Below the pieces are notes generated by a model that worked only from the letters and a program-made list of their open reading frames with translations, ran no database searches and was not told the DNA's origin. The position numbers and the translations under genes are program-made. From an uncultured Chloroflexia bacterium (lineage in GTDB: Bacteria; Chloroflexota; Limnocylindria; Limnocylindrales; CSP1-4), in the NCBI GenBank assembly GCA_963714675.1, contig CAVQPG010000004.1, forward strand, positions 563,184-627,183: a stretch of 64,000 nucleotides of DNA, written 5' to 3'. Every line of letters begins with the position of its first letter. The first letter of the stretch is position 1. Below are positions 33,030 through 41,344 of the stretch, one piece after another.

Positions 33030-33170
33030 TCACCCTTCGAACCCGCACTTGCCATCCCGCAGTGCGCCCAGGTCGCGGACGACGATAGCCGGATCGGCGG
33101 AGGCCGGGACGGCCACCAAGACCGTCGAGGCCAGGGCCACACCGAGAGAGAGGCTGATGATCTTGCGCAC
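33030..33170 (-). CDS. Small secreted peptide ORF not in the ORF track: Sec signal peptide plus a 21-aa mature peptide; possibly the start of a longer frameshifted Cys-rich secreted protein
   Basis: GTG start preceded by GGAAGGAGAG. Encodes VRKIISLSLGVALASTVLVAVPASA|DPAIVVRDLGALRDGKCGFEG. High-GC3 coding-like segments continue in two other frames down to 32789 (...CATCTCRASKGSCS...TMTCKVSFGTD). Confidence 0.35.
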   Translation of the reverse strand: MRKIISLSLGVALASTVLVAVPASADPAIVVRDLGALRDGKCGFEG

Positions 33171-33286
33171 GGCTGCGCTCTCCTTCCCGCGCCCGCTACG
33201 TGCTGATCGTTCGGCCCGCGGGCGTTCGGGCCGAGGTGCGTTTCAGGCAGAGTCCTGTTCGACAGGCTCAGTGCCGGAGTTCGACC

Positions 33287-34372
33287 TCACCGGTGGCGTC
33301 GAACTTGAACGAGCCGCCGGGGGCATCGCAATACTTCTTCGTCGGGCTCGGACGGGTCCTGGCAGGCGAGCTCGTCGACTCGATAGCCTTGCAGCCACTT
33401 GGCGTGCTCGGTACCTGAGCCCGTGAGGACGATGGCCCCGTAGCCCACGATGTCGTAGTACGCGTTCGTGCCGTTGGCGTTCGGGTCCAGGGGCGTGCTG
33501 TAGATCGGCACCCACACGGGAACCTTGTTGTCGATGTAGTGGCTGAGGTCGCCCCATTCGTTGCCGGTCAGTGCGCCGATCTTGTTCTCGTTGACCTCGC
33601 CGTTGGGACCAGGCTCACCGACTCGTCCGCAACAGCCGTGCGAGTTCGGCTCAGGCCAGATCTGCGATTGCAGGAAGGGCTGGTTGCCCTGACAGCCGCC
33701 ATCGGCGACCATGCCCAGGCTGTAGCCCCAATCGCACTTGCCGCCGTTGCCGTCGAGCCCGAACTTCAGCCAGCCGAAGTTGCCGGGCGCGATGAGCTCG
33801 CCAGGCGTCAGCGCCTGGAAGCAGCTGCCCAGGGTGTGAGCATCGCAATCAGAGAGGTCGTTGTAGGTATCGTCTTCGATGCCCACCGGCAGGATGCCGC
33901 CGCCCGTGCTCTCTCCAGTGGTCATGGCCGTGGCTGTGGCGCCGGCGATCCAATCGGTGATGCCGATCGCCCCGAGCAGGAAGGGTTGCCAGTTGGTGCG
34001 TGCCTCGACGACGACGCCGAACGCGTCGTCGGGGATGCTGGTCTCGGTGGTGACATCCCCGAGATCGACACCGGTGTGGTCGACGTACCGGGCCGAGACG
34101 ATCTCGCTGTCGTTGGCGGCAAGCGTCGAGGTGATGGCCTCGCGGACGTTGGCAACGGTGCCCACGCCGGCTGGCCGGCCCGTGATCGACGCGCCGATGA
34201 TGCGCGCACCGGCCATGGCCGCGAAGTCGGCCGCGTTCTGTGCTTGGCGGCGCTGGGCGAAGGCATAGCCGCCGTCGACCACGACCGCCGAGGCGAGGAC
34301 GATGGCCGTGAGCGAGATGGCGAACAGCGCCAGCGCCTGGCCCCGCTGTCGTTCCCGAAGGGACGTTCGCAT
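33287..34372 (-). CDS. TadG-like protein (TadE/G-like N-terminus plus a Cys/Gly-rich extracellular domain)
   Basis: N-terminus RGQALALFAISLTAIVLASAVVVDGGYAFAQRRQAQNAADFAAMAGARI. 361 aa. The C-terminal end may be frameshifted. Confidence 0.6.
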   Translation of the reverse strand: MRTSLRERQRGQALALFAISLTAIVLASAVVVDGGYAFAQRRQAQNAADFAAMAGARIIGASITGRPAGVGTVANVREAITSTLAANDSEIVSARYVDHTGVDLGDVTTETSIPDDAFGVVVEARTNWQPFLLGAIGITDWIAGATATAMTTGESTGGGILPVGIEDDTYNDLSDCDAHTLGSCFQALTPGELIAPGNFGWLKFGLDGNGGKCDWGYSLGMVADGGCQGNQPFLQSQIWPEPNSHGCCGRVGEPGPNGEVNENKIGALTGNEWGDLSHYIDNKVPVWVPIYSTPLDPNANGTNAYYDIVGYGAIVLTGSGTEHAKWLQGYRVDELACQDPSEPDEEVLRCPRRLVQVRRHR

Positions 34373-34382
34373 CGCTGTCTCC

Positions 34383-34969
34383 CTAGTTGATGATCATCGT
34401 CGCGGAGCCGCTGAGCGACGTCGATCCGATGAACGAGCTGACGATGGGCGTGAATAGGTCGTAGGTGTACTCGACGCGCACGCTCACCAGCTCCCCAGTC
34501 GCAGAGACCGGATTGCCCGCAGCCGTCGTCGCATCCGTTGCCGCCGACGACCTCGGTCCAGGCCCCGATGGGCGCCAGATCCACGCCGCTCCCGTCGTTG
34601 CAGCTGACATACACGGAGGTGATCGGGCCCACGGCCACGGTCATGCGCTGGACCGCGTCGGAGATGTGCGACTTGAACGCATCGAGGTCCACCGGGCACA
34701 CGTGTGCGCCGGGCCGACTCGACGTGATGCCACTCTCGTCGGGCACGCACGCCGGATGGGTCGAGCCGATCCAGCGTGCCTCGGCCGCAGCGAGGCGAGC
34801 TCCTTCACGAGCGGCCTGCGAGAGCGTGGAGTTGGTGTAGACCAGGCGGCCGACGTCGACCAGGCCGAACACGACCAGCAGGAAGACCGGCAGCACGAGG
34901 GCGAACTCGACCAGCGTCTGGCCACCTTCGTGTCCTTGACGGTCGCTGCTGGTCGCGATGGCCGAACAT
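34383..34969 (-). CDS. TadE-like pseudopilin-type protein, split by at least two frameshifts
   Basis: ATG overlaps the upstream stop (TGATG). Reconstructed: MFGHRDQQR | QGHEGGQTLVEFALVLPVFLLVVFGLVDVGRLVYTNSTLSQAAREGARLAAAEA... | ...ELVSVRVEYTYDLFTPIVSSFIGSTSLSGSATMIIN. Confidence 0.55.
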
Positions 34970-35855
34970 CAGTTGTTGTCCACCGCCATGTCCGACGAGC
35001 AGAGGACGATCGAGTTCGCCGTGAGGGTCTGGCTCTGGATCTTCAGCGTGCCGGCGAGGTTCGTGAGCGTCCCGGTGAAACCGGCACGTTCCCACACTTC
35101 CTCCGCGGATACGCCCCCGACATCATTCCAGTGGGTGTGCCAGTAGTTGGGCACGCTGCACGTGGGGGTGGGCGTCGCCGTGGGCTCCGGCGTTGGCGGT
35201 CGGTTCGGGCGTCGGCGTCGGGGTGGGCACCGGGATGCCGGGCGTCGTCGGCGACGGCGTGGGCGTCGGAGAGGGGTCGGCGTTGGCGTCGGTGCGAGCG
35301 TCGGAGACGGGGTAGGCGTGGGCTCCGGCGTTGGGGTCGCGATCGCCAGGATCTGCGTCACCGCGGGGTTCAGGACCGGCGCCGTCGCCGAAGCAGACAG
35401 CGTCAACTGTCCGCCGACGATGTCGCCGATGAGCGGCGTCAGGAAGGTGAAGGGCCGGCTCGCCGACACCGACACGCGGTTGCCGGAGCCGGCGGCGAAG
35501 TTGGCGGCTGTATTGCAGGCCATCGTGGTGCCCGACGTCGGCTCGAAGCATGTGGGAGCGGTCACACTCAGGGCGCCCTCGCCTCCCTGGCCCTGGACGT
35601 TCGCCTCGGTCGGCAGCCGCGCGAGCCACGTTGGACTCGAACGCTGGTCTGGTTGTAGTCCCAGTCGGATGCATGGGTGGCCGCGTAGAACGCGCCCTCC
35701 CGTGCAGCATTGTTGACGGCCACGTAGGTGAAGAACAGCCGGCCGAAGTCCACGGCCAGCAACATGATCACCAGCATCACCGGTGCCACAAGCGCGAACT
35801 CGACCAGTGCCTGACCACGCGCGGAGTCGCGGGCAGAGCTACGGCGAGACAGCAT
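34969..35855 (-). CDS. TadE-like protein with a Pro/Thr-rich linker and a C-terminal PASTA-like domain; frameshifted
   Basis: N-terminus MLSRRSSARDSARGQALVEFALVAPVMLVIMLLAVDFGRLFFTYVAVNNAAREGAFYAAT. Linker PTPEPTPTPSPTLAPTPTPTP. C-terminus CSVPNYWHTHWNDVGGVSAEEVWERAGFTGTLTNLAGTLKIQSQTLTANSIVLCSSDMAV. Confidence 0.55.
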
Positions 35856-36110
35856 CGCTTCGGCGGGTCCTTTCTTCCAGGTCTACACATGGCTCGGATC
35901 GCCAGGAAGAGTCGCTAGGGCGCGGGCGTTCCGACCGGATAGGTGTAGAAGATGCCCCGTCGAGGACCCGACTGGCGCCTATACGGATGGCCCCCGTGCG
36001 GTCGTACGACCGGGGGCCCGGACCACACCTATGCGCGCCTCACCACACCAAAGCACACAGCCGGAACCGACGAACGTCTCACGACGCGGGCTGCGGTGCA
36101 GTAGACAGGG

Positions 36111-36159
36111 CTATCTATCTATGTTGCGCTATCTATCTATGTTGCGGCCACTTGTGGCC
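36111..36159. repeat. Perfect 18-bp tandem duplication (ctatctatctatgttgcg x2) abutting a 6-bp-arm palindrome ggccacTTgtggcc, inside a lower-GC 600-bp intergenic island
   Basis: Read directly at 36111-36146 and 36146-36159. Lies between the stop of the TadG-like gene (36461) and the start of the TadE/PT/PASTA gene (35855). Confidence 0.8.
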
Positions 36160-36460
36160 AACGACCTGGCGACGTGGCTTTGGGCGGGTTACAGCTCTAT
36201 GCCGAGCAGGGCTTGCGGTTCTGGGCTGGCGGGAACCGGAAACCGTCGTCGACATCCCACAAGCCCTTCGGCGCCGCGTTGGTCCTCAAGACGCACCAGG
36301 AGGAGACCCCACGTCGGTGTTCTGCGAGACTTCCGCGCCTTAGTCGTGGTGCCTCAGCTATTTGTCCGTGTTACGCGCCGGGCCGGTGCACACCGCGTAG
36401 AGCGCGGGACGAAGAGGCTGTCCGCCCAGATGTACAACAGAGTGCCCGTCCGAAATGCCG

Positions 36461-37717
36461 TTATCGACCCGTGCCTTGCGCTCCTTCTTGTGGGCACTCA
36501 GTGAATGAGCTGAATACCGATGAAGTTCGTGGGAGATGGATAGTCGGATCGCCGGGGTCGTAGAGCGGCCCAACCGTCGTGTTCTGGTAGACGTCCTCCA
36601 CGAAGGTTCCCACCAAACAGGACGTGCCGCCGCTGCCCGAGGGCGTACTTGGGTCGTTGTCGTCACACTCGGAGGAGTTCTGGCCGGTCAGGTAGGACCC
36701 ATAGGGCGTGCAATTGGTCGGATTGTCCGGCCCTCCACATAATCGGAATGCACCGACGCCTACGAAGTGGTACCAGTTGTTCTGTCCCTGACCCCCGTTG
36801 CACTTCTCTTCCTCGGTTTCTGGGTCATAGCCCGGGTCTTCCTCGCAGGTGTCATCGAATAGCGGGATATAGACTACGTCGCCGTCCAATGAGCGCAGTG
36901 CATCCTGCACCTGCTTGCTGTTTATGTTTCCCGTCGAGGTCACGTAGTTCCATGAGGGCACGGTAATGCCGTCATTGCAGCCTGGGGTGTTGAAGGGGTC
37001 CTCGATGCAAGACGCGGAGTTCGCTCGTTCCTCCAGCGGTGGGGGTCCAATCGATCCAACCCACGTTGCCGGAAGCCGCGTTCTGGCAGAGCGGGATCTT
37101 GTACAGGGTTCCCGCTTCCCAGGGCATGGGCTTCCCAAAGTCAGGATGTTCTGGGTCAGGATTTTCTGGGAAGAACGGCCTGTTCTGGCCGTCGCATGCC
37201 ACGATGTTGATTGGTGGTGTGACTGGCAAGACCCCGAAGCGCGGAGACCCACTCTCGCCGGTGATGGCAGTGGCGCTCGTGACCGCGGTGAAGGTGTCGA
37301 GGCCGAGCACGCGTGCGAAGTAGGATCCGAACTGTCGCTCACCAGTGACGGCGACTCCAGCCGCCCCTTCTGGTATGACACCGGAGGGGTTCCCGACCGA
37401 TGTCGGCATGGGTTCCCCGTTGATGTTTGTGTATACGGCCTCCTGGACAGTGACCTGCATATCGGACGCGGTCGCGCTGAGCGCGGCCAGCACGTCGTCG
37501 TCGGATCTCGACTCTCCCCCCAATCGCTCGGCCAGCACGGTCGTCCCGGCAAGTGCCGCCGCGTCGGTGCCGTTCTGCGTCCACCGCTCCTGCGCCCAGA
37601 CGTTGCCGCCATCGACTACGAGGCCGATCATCGCGATGATCGCCAGGATCCGATCGCGAATAGTGCCAGAACCTGCCCTCGCTCGCTTTGGCGTCGGTCT
37701 CTTGAAGAGGCTGACAT
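36461..37717 (-). CDS. TadG-like protein, frameshifted near 37630
   Basis: ATG at 37717 with an AGGAG RBS: MSASSRDRRQSERGQVLALFAIG joins MIGLVVDGGNVWAQERWTQNGTDAAALAGTTVLAE (ORF 36972-37631) and the Cys-rich C-terminal part in ORF 36461-37612. Confidence 0.55.
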
Positions 37718-37749
37718 GTTTCGTCTCCTGTGTCTGGGGCTCAACGTGA

Positions 37750-38214
37750 CTACTCTGGGTCGGCGAAGAGTCGTTCGACTGGCATCGTGGTCGATGCCTC
37801 TAGATCGAACGGGTCGAAAATCAACGAGGCCAGCGGCGTAATCGGCGTCCACGTGTGTCTGACGGTGACGGTGATGTCGCAGCCACTCGTCTCACAGGTG
37901 TCGCTGTCGAGGGCATCGAGATCATCGATCTCGGCGGAAGTAACGCCAAAGGCGCCACCGTGATCCACGGCAGCACACTTGAAGGTTCGCACAGAGACGC
38001 AGTCAGTCGCGTCGTTGCTCTGGTTGACGATGGCTACGCGGGCCCCCTCCCGAGAGGCGTTCGCCAACGTGGTGTACTCGATGACAAGGCGTCCACCATC
38101 GATGAGGCCGAAGACAAGAAGCGCGAAGATGGGCAAGGCAAGGGCGAACTCGACCAATGATTGGCCGCCACTTTGCGAGGGCGCCACTTTCGTCAGAGAG
38201 ATCCTCATGTTCAT
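37750..38214 (-). CDS. TadE-like pseudopilin-type protein
   Basis: SGGQSLVEFALALPIFALLVFGLIDGGRLVIEYTTLANASREGARVAIV. 154 aa, intact. Confidence 0.7.
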   Translation of the reverse strand: MNMRISLTKVAPSQSGGQSLVEFALALPIFALLVFGLIDGGRLVIEYTTLANASREGARVAIVNQSNDATDCVSVRTFKCAAVDHGGAFGVTSAEIDDLDALDSDTCETSGCDITVTVRHTWTPITPLASLIFDPFDLEASTTMPVERLFADPE

Positions 38215-39221
38215 GGCTTTCCGCCACCGGGATTTGGACCCACAGTAATCTCCGAGGCGCAGTCCACTTCAGTTGGGCCGCCCACGAGCGACTGAGATTG
38301 GATGGTGTAGTCCTGGCCTGCCGGCGGGCGGAAGATGACCGAGGTCGTGAACCCCGCTTCATCCCAACTTGCCTCAGCGAGGCTCTTGAGCGTGCCTGAG
38401 AAGTTGGGGACCTCACACGTCAGCGGATCCGAGGGTGGCTCTGCGTTTACGTCGACAAGGACATCAAGTGAGAGCGAATTCTCGCAAGCCGTTCCCTCGT
38501 CCACAGTGAGCGTTACCGCATACGTCCCGTAGTCGGCGTATTCATGCACATCCGGTGTTCTCCGATTCTCCTGTGAGGTCGTCCCCGAAGTCCCAGTTCC
38601 ACGTATCAGGCCCGCCCGTTGAGGTATCCGTGAACTGGACGAAGTGCCAATCGTCTCCATTCGGGAACGACCATGTAAAGCCAGGTTCGGGACAGGTTGG
38701 AGGCGGGTTCTGTTCCTGATCCAACGTTCATACCGGTTGGAATTCGTGAAGACCGAGCGCGCACTAACCGAGAATCTGTTGCCAGACGCAGCGAAAATCT
38801 CGCCGATGATCGGCGTGATAGGTCGGAACTCGCAATCCAACTTGAGCGCAACAGGGTCGCCTAGATCCTTGCCATCGGGGAACTCGGGCGCGGGAATGGT
38901 CTCATCGCATCCGATCAGTGATGCCTCACCCTCGGCGCGCGCTCCAGACAGATGCTGGTACGTCGACTGCTCGGTCGCATCTCCAGGGGAACCCCACGCG
39001 GTGGAGTGAGTGGCCGCATAGTTAGCACCGACACGAGCCGCGTTGTTCAGGACCACCCAGCCTTGGAAGACACGCCCGAAATCGATCGCAGCGAGAACGA
39101 TAAGCAGCAGCACTGGGATGACAAAGGCCAGCTCCACGATCGCTTGCCCACTCGACCGCCACTGGGACTCAGACTTGTACGCGGTGTGGCGTGTTCGCAG
39201 CATGATGGCGAGTCGTTTCAC
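38211..39221 (-). CDS. TadE-like protein fused to PKD-like and PASTA-like domains; frameshift inside the PKD domain near 38560
   Basis: N-terminus SGQAIVELAFVIPVLLLIVLAAIDFGRVFQGWVVLNNAARVGANYAAT. PKD halves WHFVQFTDTSTGGPDTWNWDFGDD | HEYADYGTYAVTLTVDEGTACENSLSLDVLVDV. C-terminus CEVPNFSGTLKSLAEASWDEAGFTTSVIFRPPAGQDYTIQSQSLVGGPTEVDCASEITVGP. Confidence 0.55.
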   Translation of the reverse strand: MKRLAIMLRTRHTAYKSESQWRSSGQAIVELAFVIPVLLLIVLAAIDFGRVFQGWVVLNNAARVGANYAATHSTAWGSPGDATEQSTYQHLSGARAEGEASLIGCDETIPAPEFPDGKDLGDPVALKLDCEFRPITPIIGEIFAASGNRFSVSARSVFTNSNRYERWIRNRTRLQPVPNLALHGRSRMETIGTSSSSRIPQRAGLIRGTGTSGTTSQENRRTPDVHEYADYGTYAVTLTVDEGTACENSLSLDVLVDVNAEPPSDPLTCEVPNFSGTLKSLAEASWDEAGFTTSVIFRPPAGQDYTIQSQSLVGGPTEVDCASEITVGPNPGGGKP

Positions 39222-39550
39222 TGGCTTGCTCCGGGTGGCTAGTCATTGGGATCATACCGAGGCTGCATCTCAGCACGGGACTGTCAGACCACGGTGCCGA
39301 GACGTTGCAGTGAATGGTAAGGGGCCCCAGTACCAATGTGCTAGTGCCTTCGCTATAATTCCGCTGACCGTAGTCAACGGGTCCCGTACCCAATTACCTC
39401 GCCGCCACGCGCGAGTCCCAGAACTGAGTGACTCCAGAATGAGTCGCTCAGTGGCGAGGCGAGAACGCTACGGCGGAGTGGGCTACTCGCCTTGAGGTTG
39501 TCGCGCGGCACCTGGGTCGGGCAGCAGGCCACGCTCGGTTGGCCGTAAGC

Positions 39551-40132
39551 TCACGAGGCCCCGAGCTGGCCGTCCGTTAGGCGATTTGCCACCTCTTCTA
39601 CGCGTCGGGCGCGAGTATCGGCTCGTCTGGCCGTCGCAATCGATAGCAAGGAGCCACGCTGGGCGGACGGCGAGAGAGCGGCCCACCGGTCGCGCGCGCC
39701 GGGCCTGGCATCGAATGCTGCCGCCAGATCGTCGGGCACGCTCAGGTCCTCGACCGGCTCGAGGATGGTCCATGAACCGTCGGCCTTGGCGCGCTCGATG
39801 GCGGCACGGCCGGCGTCGGTCATGCGGCCCTCGGCCTCCAGCCGCTCCACACGCGCCTTGTTGGTACGTGCCCACATCGAGCCCTTGCGCCGCGGCGACC
39901 ACCACAGCGCACCACGCTCGTCGTCGATCCGTCGGTAGGTGGAGTCGATCCAGCCGAAGCAGAGCGCCTCGCACACGGCGTCCTCGTAGTCGATGGCTGG
40001 CTTGCCGGTGCGCGGCTTGTACTGGACCAGCCACACGCCCTGCGGCTGACGGTGATGTTCGGCCAGCCAGGCGCGCCACTCGGCCGCGGTCGTGAAATGG
40101 AGCTCCTCGGCCTCGTCCATGACGCGGCTCAT
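39551..40132 (-). CDS. YdeI/OmpD-associated family protein (DUF1801-like)
   Basis: Internal start MSRVMDEAEELHFTTAAEWRAWLAEHH...WIDS..., the family hallmark. The N-terminal Arg-rich extension of the ORF is rejected. Confidence 0.55.
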   Translation of the reverse strand: MSRVMDEAEELHFTTAAEWRAWLAEHHRQPQGVWLVQYKPRTGKPAIDYEDAVCEALCFGWIDSTYRRIDDERGALWWSPRRKGSMWARTNKARVERLEAEGRMTDAGRAAIERAKADGSWTILEPVEDLSVPDDLAAAFDARPGARDRWAALSPSAQRGSLLSIATARRADTRARRVEEVANRLTDGQLGAS

Positions 40133-40136
40133 CAGC

Positions 40137-40970
40137 TCAGGCCGAGCTGCCGGGGGCACGGCCGGCGACCGTCCGCCCCTCTTCCCAGACCTCCGGTCCG
40201 CAGATGAACGTCTCGACCTCCGGCCTGGCCGCGGTCGCCCAATCGTCGAAGACGGCACGATCGGCCGGCAGGCGGCCGTCCAGGAGCGCCAGCTCGAGCC
40301 ACTCGGCCGCGTCGGCCAACCGGTCCCACGGCTCGTAGGGGATGTTCTCGACCTCGCACCAGCTGGCCAGCGAGGCCTTGGCCAGGATCGACGTCGGCGT
40401 GATGCGCGGCGTACCGGTCCGAGGGGCCATCACCGACGAAGACCACGGCCCGGCCGGCGTCGCGGTGGAGCCGGATGCGCTCGCGCTTGCAGGTCCCACA
40501 CACGAAGCAGGCAGGATGGCCGTAGGGGAAGGTCACGCCGGCACCCCCCGCGCCGAGGACCGTGCGGTTCGTGGCCACCGGCAGATCGGTCACTCCGAGG
40601 CGCTCGAGCATGCGCTCGATGTGGAAGCCCATCCCGTCACTGACGATCTCGGCGGCTGCACCGGCCTCGCGCACGGTGTCGAGGAGCTCGACGAGGGTCT
40701 CATCGAGCGCCAGCGGAGTCGATCTCGCGCCAGCAGCACCTCGGCGTCGCGAGGCAGCACCTCCATGTCCCAGGCGATGAGCTCGCGCGAGCCCTTCTGT
40801 CCCGACATGTACAGCTCGTTCATCTGTCGCACGAGGTCCTGGTCCTCGACGAGCCGCGCGAGCAGCGCGTCGCCGGTGTCGTCGAGGCTGACGGTGCCGT
40901 CGAAGTCGATGAGCACGCTGACGGGCGCACCGTCGGCCTGGAACGTGGGCTGGGCTGCGGCACGGGTCAT
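40137..40970 (-). CDS. HAD-superfamily phosphatase (MtnX/PSP-like), split over three frames
   Basis: Motif I VLIDFDGTVS, motif II/III region VFVGDG(x)SDRYAA, C-terminal WCEVENIPYEPWDRL. Frameshifts near 40700 and 40430. Confidence 0.5.
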
Positions 40971-41038
40971 GGACGGCTCCGGACATGAAGAAGCCGGGCC
41001 CCGGAGGCCCGGCTCCAGACGAATCTGCGGTGGTGGGG

Positions 41039-41200
41039 CTAGACGCCCGCCTCCTGCTCGAGTTCGAGCGCTTCCTCGTCAGCCTCTTCGGTCAGCTTGA
41101 GCCAGACGAACAGGCCCGCAAGGATGACCAACGGGACGATGACGGCGGCCGCGATGAGCACACCAAGTGCGGCCCCGATGAACTTGATGATGCTGCCCAT
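41039..41200 (-). CDS. 53-aa single-pass membrane peptide, hypothetical (not in the ORF track)
   Basis: ATG preceded by AGGAGG with 8-nt spacing. Encodes MGSIIKFIGAALGVLIAAAVIVPLVILAGLFVWLKLTEEADEEALELEQEAGV. Strong GC3 bias. Confidence 0.45.
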   Translation of the reverse strand: MGSIIKFIGAALGVLIAAAVIVPLVILAGLFVWLKLTEEADEEALELEQEAGV

Positions 41201-41344
41201 TCTTCGACCTCCTGCGGCGGCAGGTCCTCCTCGTCCGGACGAGCCGCGTCATGTGCGTGTGAGCCATGACGATGGCACGAGAGGGCGCATCCTGCAAGTG
41301 CCGTCCGGATGACCGCTGACGAGCGGGGGCGTGTCCGCGGTGCG

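Noticed and set aside
33049-33426. Plus-strand 125-aa ORF in the gap before the TadG-like gene
   Set aside because: Low-complexity Arg/Ala-rich protein with no RBS. It is antisense to the better-supported secreted-peptide ORF and to the TadG 3' end.
36031-36563. Plus-strand ORFs 36031-36504 and 36174-36563 in the low-GC island. Also searched here, and at 30273-30687 and 39222-39550, for a hidden Flp pilin gene.
   Set aside because: No ORF has the Flp G/XXXXEY processing motif plus a hydrophobic stretch. The listed ORFs lack an RBS and any codon bias. The region is better explained as regulatory.
39222-39550. Promoter call for the 39221 TadE operon from the AT-richer stretch (TATAAT at ~39354 on plus, TTGACT on minus at ~39372-39377)
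   Set aside because: The perfect TATAAT is on the wrong strand for the minus-strand operon. The minus-strand TTGACT lacks a properly spaced -10 (spacers of 11-14 nt). This is noted only as an AT-rich putative regulatory region.
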